Shown one piece after another: positions 39,467 to 48,793 of a stretch of DNA of 63,827 nucleotides. Both the position numbers and the translations under genes were made by a program. A model generated the notes under the pieces. That model was not told the origin of the DNA and did not search any database. It saw only the letters and a program-made list of their open reading frames with translations. The stretch's first letter is position 1, and the number at the start of each line of letters is the position of its first letter. Origin of the DNA: Pyrinomonadaceae bacterium (GTDB lineage Bacteria; Acidobacteriota; Blastocatellia; Pyrinomonadales; Pyrinomonadaceae); the NCBI GenBank assembly GCA_049799955.1, contig JBARIW010000075.1, positions 1 through 63,827 of the forward strand, in the 5' to 3' direction.

Positions 39467-40468
39467 TTAATTATTTTCGCTCAAACTTAACTCCTCGCCT
39501 GCTTCGATTTGCCTTTTGCTGTCGCGGCAAAAATCCGAGACGACGCGGGCGAAGAGTTCGGGCTTTTCTTCCTGCGGAACGTGCCCGCAGTTTTTGAAAA
39601 AGACGAGGCGCGAATTCAAAATCGAATCAAAAAGCTTTTCGCCGTTGTGAGGATGAATAACCGTGTCTTTTTCGCCCCAGATAATCAAGGTCGGCTGTTT
39701 GATATACTGCGCGTCGTCCTGAATCCGGCAGGCGTCCCACGCGCGAGCCGTTTCCAGAAACGAATGATGCGCGTCCGCCGCCGCCTGCGGGCGATGAACC
39801 GATTCGAGGCGGTCTTTTGTAATAAGATGATGATTTTCCGGCGCGAGCGTATTTTGCATCCGATATTTGAGGAAAAATTTTGAATCGACCAGAAACGGCG
39901 CGAGAAGCTCGCCTACGCCCGGAATCGCCGTAAGTTTCAGAATTGGATGACTCAAAGCTTCGTCATTGCAGACTGCATCGACCAGAACGAGCTTTTCGAC
40001 GCGTTCGGGATAATCGAGCGCGACGGTCGAAGCCACCGCGCCGCCGTAAGAACTGCCGACAATCGTTGCTTTGCCGATGCCGAGACGATTCATAAAACGC
40101 TCGATTACGTGTGCCTGCGAAGCAATCGAATAATCAAACCAAGCGGGTTTGTCCGAGTAGCCGAAGCCGATTAAATCAAGCGCGACGACGTGAAAGCCCT
40201 CGTCAGCGAAAGCCGGCGCAACCGAATGCCATACAAACGTCGAAGCTGTATAGCCGTGAATAAGCAGCAATGTCGGGTCGCTTTCGTCACCAAATTCCTG
40301 AAAATGAATGGTCGCGCCGTCAATTTCCACAAAATGCGAATTTTCCGCGTGATGAATCTTATCGGCATAGTCGCTCCAGTTAACGCTTCCGGCGCGAGTC
40401 AAAAACTTCCAAGCCAAAGCCGCGCCGATTGCGCCGCCGACACCTAAAGCCAAATTTTTCTTGTTCAT
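39467..40468 (-). CDS. alpha/beta-fold hydrolase
   Basis: HGYTASTF…GSSYGG nucleophile motif. Start placed at the first ATG (the ORF-finder TTG start is at 40489). Confidence 0.8.
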   Translation of the reverse strand: MNKKNLALGVGGAIGAALAWKFLTRAGSVNWSDYADKIHHAENSHFVEIDGATIHFQEFGDESDPTLLLIHGYTASTFVWHSVAPAFADEGFHVVALDLIGFGYSDKPAWFDYSIASQAHVIERFMNRLGIGKATIVGSSYGGAVASTVALDYPERVEKLVLVDAVCNDEALSHPILKLTAIPGVGELLAPFLVDSKFFLKYRMQNTLAPENHHLITKDRLESVHRPQAAADAHHSFLETARAWDACRIQDDAQYIKQPTLIIWGEKDTVIHPHNGEKLFDSILNSRLVFFKNCGHVPQEEKPELFARVVSDFCRDSKRQIEAGEELSLSENN

Positions 40469-40475
40469 AATTGTA

Positions 40476-40579
40476 AATTCAAGATTCAAAAGATTTAAGA
40501 TTCAAGATTCAAGATTCAAGATTGGGAATGCTGTTTTCTAATCTTAAATTTTAAATCTTAAATTTTGAATCTTAATTTT
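40476..40579. repeat. CAAGATT-family palindromic heptamer-repeat element (copy 3)
   Basis: aaattcaagattcaaaagatttaagattcaagattcaagattcaagatt-gggaatgctgttttct-aatcttaaattttaaatcttaaattttgaatcttaatttt. It lies between the truB stop and the start of the alpha/beta hydrolase gene. Confidence 0.9.
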
Positions 40580-41477
40580 ATACCAAAACTATTTTCGGCT
40601 GCACAAATTTTTCCGCCGCATTATAGAATCCGACGGCGATTAAATTTTCTTTTTCGTCAATCATCCTGACGGGCTGATTTTCTTCGATTTCAACGCTTTC
40701 AAATTTTAACTTGATTCCGCTTTGAGTTTTTTTGATGTCGGATTCGCTTAAAACGACTTTCGGCAGATGCGAAATCGCTTCGTTCATCGAAATTAAAGCG
40801 TCATCGAGCCGGTTGTCTATAACGATTTCTTCGAGCTTTTCCAGCGTAACCACTTTCGATAAATCAAATTTCCCGGCACGCGTTCGCCTCAGTTCGGCAA
40901 GATGCGCTCCCGTTTTTAATTTTCGTCCGATGTCTTCCGCCAAAGTTCTGATGTAGGTTCCCGCCGAACATAAAACTCTAATCGAAACATCCGAGCTTTG
41001 AACTTTGAACTTTGAACTTTGAACTTCTAATTCGTAAATCGTAATATTCACCGGCTTGCGCTCGATTTCAATGCCTTTTCGCGCCAGTTCGTAAAGCTTT
41101 TTGCCTTCGACTTTTTTCGCCGAATACATCGGCGGCGTTTGCTCGATTTTGCCGCGAAATTCAGGCAAAATATTTTCAATTTCTTCAATCGAAACGTCTC
41201 GTAATTCGTAATTCGTAATTCGTAATTCGCCCGTCCTGTCGCCTGTGTCTGTTTCAGAACCAAACCGAACCATTGCTTCATATTCCTTCGCGTCTTTGTC
41301 GAGAAATCGCGCGAGCCGCGTCGCTCGTCCGACCATAATCACCATCACGCCGGTCGCAAACGGGTCGAGCGTTCCGGTGTGCCCGATGCGTTTTGTACGC
41401 AGAATCCGGCGGCAGCGCGCGACAACATCGTGCGAAGTAAATCCTTCGGGCTTATCTATGATTAAAAATCCGTTCAT
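40578..41477 (-). CDS. truB: tRNA pseudouridine(55) synthase TruB
   Basis: MNGFLIIDKPEGFTSHDVVARCRRILRTKRIGHTGTLDPFATG… is canonical. It contains two in-frame heptamer tandem arrays (40997-41027 TTTGAAC x4; 41199-41226 TCGTAAT x4). Confidence 0.9.
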   Translation of the reverse strand: MNGFLIIDKPEGFTSHDVVARCRRILRTKRIGHTGTLDPFATGVMVIMVGRATRLARFLDKDAKEYEAMVRFGSETDTGDRTGELRITNYELRDVSIEEIENILPEFRGKIEQTPPMYSAKKVEGKKLYELARKGIEIERKPVNITIYELEVQSSKFKVQSSDVSIRVLCSAGTYIRTLAEDIGRKLKTGAHLAELRRTRAGKFDLSKVVTLEKLEEIVIDNRLDDALISMNEAISHLPKVVLSESDIKKTQSGIKLKFESVEIEENQPVRMIDEKENLIAVGFYNAAEKFVQPKIVLV

Positions 41478-41876
41478 CTATAAAAACACTCTGTAAGATA
41501 TACTGAAAAATTCGCCGAGTTCTTCTGCTTTATTTTTGCTGATTCGACGCTTGCCTGAACAAATATCGGAAATAATTCCTTCCGATTTGAAAATCGGTAA
41601 AAGCTCTTTCTGCTTCATTCCGCGTTCTTCCAAAAGCGTTTCGAGCAGTTTGTGCGGTTCAGTGTTAATTGCCGGAAAAATTTTCGCCTCATAATTAGAC
41701 ATCAGCGCTGTGATTAAACGATGAAGTTTTATTTGTTCAGGGGACGGCTCGGCAGTGCGAATCAGCCGCGAGCGAATTTCCTGAGCGCGATTGTATTCGG
41801 CTTTTGTTTCAATTGCCACCGGAATAATTTCCGTCAAAAGCTCGGCATATTTCACTTTGTTAAAATTACTTGTCAT
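41478..41876 (-). CDS. higA: HigA-family antitoxin (XRE HTH at C-terminus)
   Basis: 132 aa; C-terminal HTH '…MKQKELLPIFKSEGIISDICSGKRRISKNKAEELGEFF'. Located downstream of the HigB-like toxin. Confidence 0.65.
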   Translation of the reverse strand: MTSNFNKVKYAELLTEIIPVAIETKAEYNRAQEIRSRLIRTAEPSPEQIKLHRLITALMSNYEAKIFPAINTEPHKLLETLLEERGMKQKELLPIFKSEGIISDICSGKRRISKNKAEELGEFFSISYRVFL

Positions 41877-41971
41877 TTTCTTAGCTCCTTAGTTTTTACT
41901 TTTTATCTTAAACAATTAACAATTAATAATTTATCCCTCTGACGGGAGAGATAGGGTAGTTACCCTACTGG

Positions 41972-42271
41972 CTAACAGTCGCAATCTTTTTTCCATTTGT
42001 CTTTGCTATACTGCGCGTGAGTTAAAACAGTGACAACATCGATAGCCTGAAAAACATAATTGATAACGACTATCAATCTGTAATTATTCCCCCTGATATT
42101 AAAGACCGTACAATCTCCGGCGGCATCTGCCGAAGGGTAAGATTTTTTTACATCCACAATATTATTCCATTCAGTTTCCTGCACAATTTTTACCCAAAGC
42201 TCAAGAACTCTTTTTGAATCTGTATATTTGCTCCAAAACTTTATCAACTTACCATAATTATTAATTGTCAT
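41972..42271 (-). CDS. higB: HigB-family (RelE-fold) mRNA-interferase toxin
   Basis: 99 aa; '…YPSADAAGDCTVFNIRGNNYRLIVVINYV…VVTVLTHAQYSK' matches the HigB_toxin family pattern (…FNI.GN.YRLI..I.Y……HAEYDK). Confidence 0.7.
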   Translation of the reverse strand: MTINNYGKLIKFWSKYTDSKRVLELWVKIVQETEWNNIVDVKKSYPSADAAGDCTVFNIRGNNYRLIVVINYVFQAIDVVTVLTHAQYSKDKWKKDCDC

Positions 42272-42285
42272 ACGTTATTTTACTT

Positions 42286-42307
42286 TATCTAAGATATTAT
42301 TATCTTA
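42286..42307. promoter_or_regulatory. operator-like overlapping palindromes TATCT-A-AGATA-TTAT-TATCTTA upstream of higB
   Basis: Perfect 7-4-7 inverted repeat TAAGATAttatTATCTTA, 19 bp upstream of the higB start codon. Confidence 0.45.
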
Positions 42308-42468
42308 CCTAAAAAAGAGAAGTTTGTCAAGTGCGCATTAAATTCAATCTTCACTCATTTCGAGAAGTTTTGAGGGCATAGGTCAGTAAAGTAAGTTAAC
42401 CGTAAGCTTTTTGAATAAATAGCTTTTGTTTAGCTTAAATTTATATTGTTATTGATTTATCTTTTTTT

Positions 42469-43044
42469 TTGCAGGAAAATTCATATATGTTCAAAAAGCG
42501 AAATAGGTGTAAATCTCAACACGAAGAATCAATCGAGAAAGAGCGCGAAATAAATCCCGAAAGAGCGCGGCGGCGAACCTTTGACCGCGCCGTAAATTTA
42601 CTGACTTACAAGCCGCGCTCGATAAAGGAATTGCGCGAGCGCCTGCTCGAAAAAGACTGGACGAATTCGGCGATTGTTGACGGTGTTATCGAAAAGCTCA
42701 AGGAATATAATTATCTGAACGACGCGCAGTTTGCCAAAAGCTTCGCCGCTTCGCAGATTCGGCAGAAACCAATCGGGAAACGCGTTTTGAAAATGAAGCT
42801 TGCAAACAAAAAACTCGACAAGGAAACGGTCGAAGCCGCCGTCGAAAAAGCTCTGGAAGAAACGCCCGAAGAAGAAATCATCGAACGCGCCATCGAAAAA
42901 CGGTTGAGATTAAAAGGCAAGCCCGAAACGCGCGAAGATGCGAAAAAGTTTTACGATTATCTTTTGCGGCAAGGCTTTTCCTACGATTTGGTCAGCAAAA
43001 AAATGCGCGAAATCGCTTCGGGAAATTACGACGAAGAAGAATAG
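42469..43044 (+). CDS. recX: recombination regulator RecX
   Basis: Three-helix-repeat RecX pattern (…LLTYKPRSIKELRERLLEKDW…AQFAKSFAASQ…YDYLLRQGFSYDLV). Confidence 0.85.
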   Translation: MQENSYMFKKRNRCKSQHEESIEKEREINPERARRRTFDRAVNLLTYKPRSIKELRERLLEKDWTNSAIVDGVIEKLKEYNYLNDAQFAKSFAASQIRQKPIGKRVLKMKLANKKLDKETVEAAVEKALEETPEEEIIERAIEKRLRLKGKPETREDAKKFYDYLLRQGFSYDLVSKKMREIASGNYDEEE

Positions 43045-43090
43045 CCCGCGAATAAGCGCTGATTAGGCGGATTTGCGCGGCTAATTTCTT

Positions 43091-43432
43091 ATGAAAATAA
43101 ATTACGACAATCGAATTTTCAAATCCGTTCAAAACTCGGAAACGGGCGAAGTTTCCGGCGAAACTACGTTTCATTATCACCAAAAGGAAAATCTCGTCTG
43201 GGCGGAATATTCGGGCGGCGAGATTGTTTTCGGCAATTTGATTGCGAAAGTTTTGGAAAATAATTCGCTCGAAATGCGTTACCAGCATTTAAATAAAAAA
43301 GGCGCGCTTATGACCGGAAAATGTTTTTCTGCGCCCGAAATTATGGAAAACGGTAATATTCGCCTGCTTGAGAACTGGCAATGGACGAGCGGAGATTTTT
43401 CAAAAGGCGCTTCTGTAGTTGAAGAAATTTAG
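43091..43432 (+). CDS. hypothetical protein
   Basis: 113-aa ORF, no recognisable family. Confidence 0.45.
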   Translation: MKINYDNRIFKSVQNSETGEVSGETTFHYHQKENLVWAEYSGGEIVFGNLIAKVLENNSLEMRYQHLNKKGALMTGKCFSAPEIMENGNIRLLENWQWTSGDFSKGASVVEEI

Positions 43433-43513
43433 AACTTGGTATAAATTTCCTTCGTATCAGTTTATTACGAGGGCAACGCTCGGAAGAAATTTTTTAACGC
43501 TTCAAAGCGCTGC

Positions 43514-44062
43514 TTGGGCAAAATGCTCATCCTTCTTACAATTTTAGTCGTCATCTCGGCGGTCGTAACTATTTCGGTAATTCTGAAAACTCGGAAAGAC
43601 CGAAATTTTCTTACATCGGAAATTCCAAAACAAATCGAATCGATGCAGTTTCGCGGTTTATTTGAGCCTGACGAAGCGGAAATTCGCGCGCTTGAACGTG
43701 AAGAAAAAGCGCGCGCCGAGGCTGAAAAAGCCGAAGAACTCCGCCTTATTGCGGCTCAAAAAGCGGAAAAACTGCGCGAATTTCAGGAGTTTTGGGAAAT
43801 GTCTCCGAACCGGCGAAACACCGTTCAACTGATTTCGCTTGCGGCGCAAACCGAATCGGGAAATTTATTTTCCGAGACGGCGGAAACTGTGATTGGGCAA
43901 TGGAAAGCGAACAAAATTGAAGGTTTTTCGGCGGAGCATCTGGCACAAATTTTAGAAAGCCACTTCTGGCTTCTCCCAAATGAAGAAAGGACTTCGGGCG
44001 TAAGTTTTTGGATAAAACAGGAGATTGCAGGTTTGCGCGGAAGTTCGATAGGAAAAAATTAA
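43514..44062 (+). CDS. membrane-anchored coiled-coil hypothetical protein
   Basis: N-terminal TM, Glu/Lys/Ala-rich coiled coil; directly upstream of the flotillin-like gene. Confidence 0.5.
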   Translation: MGKMLILLTILVVISAVVTISVILKTRKDRNFLTSEIPKQIESMQFRGLFEPDEAEIRALEREEKARAEAEKAEELRLIAAQKAEKLREFQEFWEMSPNRRNTVQLISLAAQTESGNLFSETAETVIGQWKANKIEGFSAEHLAQILESHFWLLPNEERTSGVSFWIKQEIAGLRGSSIGKN

Positions 44063-44090
44063 ACTTGCAGAAATTTTTAAGGAAAATAAA

Positions 44091-46307
44091 ATGCAGAATC
44101 CAGTATTTTTGATAGTTTTGGGTGTTTTGGCGCTTATCGCTTTAGGTGTCGTGTGGTATATCATCACGCGCTTTCTGGTCAACATCGGCGCGACCGAAGT
44201 TGGCATCAAGGAGCGTCGTTATATGGGAAGCAAAATGGCGCAGGGACGCGTCGTGGCGACCGACGGCGAGGTCGGCATTCAAGCCGATGTCTTAAAACCG
44301 GGGCTTCATTTCGTCTTTTACCCGATTGAGCGCGTAACGCAAAAAGTTCCGCTCGTCGAAATCGGCGCGGACGAGCTCGGCGTTATCGAAGCCATCGACG
44401 GTGAGCCGATGCCGATGGGCAGCAATTTCGCGCCCGACCGCGCGCAGAACGCGCATAACAATTTTCAAGACCCGATTGCGTTTATCAAGCAAGGCGGCGT
44501 GAAAGGTATTCAGTTGCGAACGCTTCCGCCCGGAAAATGGGCGATTCACCCTTATTTGTTCAACGTTTCGATTGCGAAAACGACGATGGTTCCGCCCGGA
44601 AAAATCGGCGTGATAACTTCCGCCGACGGCGCGCAGCTCGAACCCGGACGCCTTCACGGCAGCGCCGTCAAAGGACACAAAAATTTTCAGGACGCCGAAA
44701 GCTTCGTTTACGGCGGCGGGCAGAAAGGTCCACAGGTCGAAACTCTGACGCCCGGAACTTATCGTATTCATACGCAGTCCGTTTCGATTGACGACGGCAG
44801 CGACATCAAACCCGGACTTTTTACCGTTCGCCTTTTTGACGCGACGATGATTTCCGAAAACCAAATCGGTCTGGTCGAAGCACTCGACGGCGCACAATTA
44901 GACCCGCGCGATTACGTCGCGCAAGCCGTTACGGGACACGATAATTTTCAGGATTCGAACACATTTATCACCGGCGGCGGGCAGCGCGGACCGCAGAAAG
45001 ATATTCTTTTGCCCGGAACTTATTACATAAATCCTTTGATGTTCAAGGTGATTATGGAATCGGCGAAGGAAGTAAAACCCGGCGAAGTCGCGGTCATCGT
45101 TTCGAACGTCGGCAAAGACCCGGGCGAGGAAATCCGCAAAGTGATGGCGGCGAAAATCCGCGAACGCCTTGAGCGCGAAGAAGAAGAGCAGGTAACAATC
45201 GCGGCTGAAAAGCTCGACAAAGTTGACGGCGACAATCTTTCGATTGAACAGATAAAAGCCGAGCTCGTCAGCGACCCGGCGGACAAACGGCTCGACAGCG
45301 GCGCGCACGAAGCTTACGTCGTGCCCGAAGGTTATCGCGGTATTCAGGAAACGGTCGTCGGTCCCGGGCGTTATTATATGAATACTCTGGCAACGTCGCC
45401 GATTATTATTCCGACTACGAATATGACCGTCGAATGGACGGCTGAAGAAGTCGGCAATTCGTTCGACCCGTTTGCCGTTATTTCGAAAGACGGTTTTACG
45501 ATGCAGCTCGAAGTGCGCGTAGTTTTCCGCGTCAAACCGGAAGACGCGCCGTTTATGGTGGCGAAAATCGGAAGCACCGAGAAATTAGTACAAAATGTGA
45601 TGCATCCGCTAATCGACTCGATTTTCCGCAATCAGGCGTCCGAATCTTCGGCGATGGCGTATTTGCAAAACCGACACGAAGAACAGGAACGCGCCGAAGC
45701 CCGCGTGAGAATGCATCTTTTGAAATATCACGTCGATGTCGTCAACGTGCTGATTTGCCACATTCACCTGCCCGAAGAATTGATGAAAACGCAGACCGAA
45801 AAGATTTTGGCGGAACAGAAACAATCGATGTTCAACGCTCAGCGCGAAGCCGAAATCAAGCGTATCGAACTGGAAAAAACCAGCTCGCAAGCCGACAACC
45901 AGCGCAGTCTTATGGAAGCGACGGTCGGCGTCGAAATCTCCGCCAAACGCTCGGAACAGCGCAAGCGCGAAGCCGACGGCGAAGCCTACTACATCTCGGA
46001 AACGGGTAAATCCGAAGCCGAAAAAGTTCGCTTGATGGGTGAAGCGCAGGGTGTCGCGTATAAAGAACAGGTCGCCGCGCTCGGCGCAAACGGCGTCGCT
46101 CTGGTCGAAACTCTAAAGGTAATCGGCGAAAAAGGCGTTCGCATCACGCCCGACATAATGGCTTCGGGCGGCGGAAACGGCGAAGGCGGCGGCGGAATCG
46201 GAACGCTTCTGCTTCTGAATCTTTTCCGCGACCAGATGCAGAAAAACGGAAACGGCTCGAACGCTAATGTTCCCGCCGTCGCGCCGACAAACGGCGATAA
46301 AGGCTAA
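44091..46307 (+). CDS. flotillin-like SPFH/band-7 protein with a triplicated ~90-aa N-terminal module
   Basis: 738 aa. N-terminal TM, then three repeats carrying 'GH(D/K)NFQD…F…GG…G(P)Q…L.PG.Y.I', then a C-terminal flotillin-type Ala/Glu-rich coiled coil (…AEQKQSMFNAQREAEIKRIELEK…). Confidence 0.75.
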   Translation: MQNPVFLIVLGVLALIALGVVWYIITRFLVNIGATEVGIKERRYMGSKMAQGRVVATDGEVGIQADVLKPGLHFVFYPIERVTQKVPLVEIGADELGVIEAIDGEPMPMGSNFAPDRAQNAHNNFQDPIAFIKQGGVKGIQLRTLPPGKWAIHPYLFNVSIAKTTMVPPGKIGVITSADGAQLEPGRLHGSAVKGHKNFQDAESFVYGGGQKGPQVETLTPGTYRIHTQSVSIDDGSDIKPGLFTVRLFDATMISENQIGLVEALDGAQLDPRDYVAQAVTGHDNFQDSNTFITGGGQRGPQKDILLPGTYYINPLMFKVIMESAKEVKPGEVAVIVSNVGKDPGEEIRKVMAAKIRERLEREEEEQVTIAAEKLDKVDGDNLSIEQIKAELVSDPADKRLDSGAHEAYVVPEGYRGIQETVVGPGRYYMNTLATSPIIIPTTNMTVEWTAEEVGNSFDPFAVISKDGFTMQLEVRVVFRVKPEDAPFMVAKIGSTEKLVQNVMHPLIDSIFRNQASESSAMAYLQNRHEEQERAEARVRMHLLKYHVDVVNVLICHIHLPEELMKTQTEKILAEQKQSMFNAQREAEIKRIELEKTSSQADNQRSLMEATVGVEISAKRSEQRKREADGEAYYISETGKSEAEKVRLMGEAQGVAYKEQVAALGANGVALVETLKVIGEKGVRITPDIMASGGGNGEGGGGIGTLLLLNLFRDQMQKNGNGSNANVPAVAPTNGDKG

Positions 46308-46322
46308 TACGCAAACGAAAAA

Positions 46323-46352
46323 AAGGCTGGATAAATTTATCCAGCCTTTTCC
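46323..46352. terminator. bidirectional rho-independent terminator (aggctggataa-att-tatccagcct + T-run)
   Basis: Perfect stem between convergent genes. Confidence 0.8.
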
Positions 46353-46354
46353 TT

Positions 46355-46861
46355 TTAGTTATAAGCCGCTTTCAGCGTTTCCGCTATTCCGACGGTTTCT
46401 TTTCTCGATTCTTCAAATCTCTCGTCGGTCGATTTTATCTGACGTTTCCCGATAAGCAGCTTTATCAAATTTCCGCCCGCGAAATACAATCGCTTTTCTT
46501 CGATTTTTACGACTTTTACGGGTTTTTTTAAACCAATCTGCGTGTCGTATTTATTAAGTTTGACGTAGGCGAAAATTAATTCCTCGCCCTGATAATAAAA
46601 CTCGCCGGCGGCGTTATAAGTTTCGCCGTACATTTTCGCCGTGATTTTCAGCAATCCTCTGCCCGAACTGTAATAAGTCGCCTGAGTTCCTTCGACCGAA
46701 ATGTCGGCAACGTCTTTTGTTTTTTTCGTGTATTTTCTTAGATTTTTATTGATTTTACTGACTTCATTGCGGATTGATAAAGTATCTTTTTCGGTTTGCG
46801 CGAAAATATTCTGGAAGCCCAGCAGTAAAGCGACGGTTAAAATTAAAAGTTTGATTTTCAT
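46355..46861 (-). CDS. secreted hypothetical protein
   Basis: Start placed at the Met before the signal peptide (MKIKLLILTVALLLGFQNIFAQ). Confidence 0.55.
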   Translation of the reverse strand: MKIKLLILTVALLLGFQNIFAQTEKDTLSIRNEVSKINKNLRKYTKKTKDVADISVEGTQATYYSSGRGLLKITAKMYGETYNAAGEFYYQGEELIFAYVKLNKYDTQIGLKKPVKVVKIEEKRLYFAGGNLIKLLIGKRQIKSTDERFEESRKETVGIAETLKAAYN

Positions 46862-47238
46862 ATTTTTCTGAGACGCGCGGCGATTATTTGCTTTGCCGTT
46901 TTGCGCCAAGCTGCTTTTAATTTACCACGAAATTTTCTAAATTTCGGAATTTCCGTTCCATTAACAATTTCCTTTAATCAAAATTTGAAAGATTCCGCGC
47001 CGTAAAAAGCGTGGAGTAAAAAGGGAGCGGTTAGTGTTTTTGAAGAGAATTAACTAATTGCTTCCTTATTTTTTGTTTACCTGCCGAAGCCATACTTTAA
47101 ACCGTTTCAGAAAGGTTTTATATAACCGAGCCTGACAAAATTTATATCGCTTTTACTACAATTTTGTCGGAAACTTAAAGTTAATCTACAATTTTATAAG
47201 CTGATAAATCGGTTAAACATAAATTTGACGCAAATTTA

Positions 47239-48762
47239 TTGAGAGAAACTGAAAAACTAAAAATTTTATCTAAGATTGGGAAGGCATTCGCTTCAAATAA
47301 TTCCCCGGCGTCAGCCTTGCCGATACTTCTTGAAATATGTCGTGAAGAACTTGATTTCTCGCGGAGCTTTATCGTTTTATACGATGCGGCAACCGAAAAA
47401 TCACGTCCATACGCAACCGACGGAATCAGCGCAGCCGAATTTCGCCGTCTGGAAAATCACATAGAAAAAAGCTTTATCTGGCGGGTTTTTCAAAACAATA
47501 AACCTGTAACGCTGCCAAAAACAAATTTAGAACCTACATTTTTATCGGTTTTTGAAGATAAAAACAACAAAAACGTAGAAACGAGCTGTATTTGCGTTCC
47601 AATTCGATTGGGTGAAAAGGTTATCGGCGCGTTTGGCGTTGAATTCGTTTATGAGAGTCAGTTTGATTATGAAAATTTGTCGGATTTTTTGTCGGTTGCG
47701 GCGACAATGATTTCCCAAGCCTTAAAGGTTACACGCGTCGTACAGGGAGAGAAGGAAAGACTTCTGGCGGAAAATACGAGCCTGCGGCGCGAATTGCGCG
47801 AAAAATACGATTTCAGTCATATCATCGGCAATTCAAGCGCGATGCGCCGGGTTTATGACCGGGTAACGCAGGTTGCGCGCGCTAATGCGACCGTTTTATT
47901 GCGGGGCGAATCGGGAACGGGCAAAGAATTAATTGCCGGTGTCATTCATTATAATTCGCTCCGGGCGAAGAAACCGATAATAAAAATTAGCTGCGCCGCG
48001 CTGCCGGAAACGCTGATTGAAGCCGAGCTTTTCGGTTATGAGAAAGGCGCGTTTACCGGCGCGCAAGCCAGAAAAAAAGGTCGTTTTGAACTGGCTGAAG
48101 GCGGAACGCTTTTTCTGGATGAAATCGGGGATTTATCCGCGCAGACGCAGGTAAAATTACTGCGTGTTCTTCAGGAGAGGGAGTTTGAACGACTCGGCGG
48201 GACGGAAACCATAAAAGCCAACGTCAGGCTTATTACGGCGACCAATAAAAATCTGGAAGAAGCTATCGGCGACGGTTCTTTTCGTGAAGATTTGTTTTAT
48301 CGTCTGAACGTTTTTACGATTTTTCTGCCGCCTTTGAGAGAGCGCAAAGCGGATATTTTGCTGCTCGCGGAAAATTTTGTCGAAAAATATGAACGAGAAC
48401 ACGGCAAACATATCAAGCGCATTTCGACTCCGGCGATTGATATGCTGACGAGCTATCATTTTCCGGGAAATGTTCGCGAGCTTGAGAACGCCATCGAACG
48501 CGCCGTTCTGGTTTGCGACGGAAATGTCATTCACGGGCATCATCTGCCGCCGACTCTGCAAATGGCGGAAGTTACCGGAACCGTAACGCAGTTTTCGCTT
48601 GTCCGGGCGGTCGAAGCCTTTGAAAAAGATTTGATTACGGACGCGCTGAAAACGACTCGCGGTAATTGCTCGAAAGCCGCCAAATTACTCGATACGACCG
48701 AGCGAATTCTTATTTACAAAATTAAAAAATACGCCATCGCGCCGCGCCGGTTCAAAAACTAA
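47239..48762 (+). CDS. sigma-54-dependent activator with N-terminal GAF domain (NifA/FhlA-like architecture)
   Basis: TTG start. It has a GAF-like N-domain, an AAA+ domain (GESGTGKELIAGVIH, GAFTGA, GGTLFLDEIGDL) and a C-terminal HTH. Confidence 0.85.
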   Translation: MRETEKLKILSKIGKAFASNNSPASALPILLEICREELDFSRSFIVLYDAATEKSRPYATDGISAAEFRRLENHIEKSFIWRVFQNNKPVTLPKTNLEPTFLSVFEDKNNKNVETSCICVPIRLGEKVIGAFGVEFVYESQFDYENLSDFLSVAATMISQALKVTRVVQGEKERLLAENTSLRRELREKYDFSHIIGNSSAMRRVYDRVTQVARANATVLLRGESGTGKELIAGVIHYNSLRAKKPIIKISCAALPETLIEAELFGYEKGAFTGAQARKKGRFELAEGGTLFLDEIGDLSAQTQVKLLRVLQEREFERLGGTETIKANVRLITATNKNLEEAIGDGSFREDLFYRLNVFTIFLPPLRERKADILLLAENFVEKYEREHGKHIKRISTPAIDMLTSYHFPGNVRELENAIERAVLVCDGNVIHGHHLPPTLQMAEVTGTVTQFSLVRAVEAFEKDLITDALKTTRGNCSKAAKLLDTTERILIYKIKKYAIAPRRFKN

Positions 48763-48793
48763 GTCGTTAAAATCTCCGTGTAAATCAAAAATG

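Noticed and set aside
41048-41281. 77-aa minus-strand ORF encoding '…ANYELRITNYETFRL…'
   Set aside because: It lies inside truB in another frame and exists only because of the heptamer repeats, so it is an artefact ORF.
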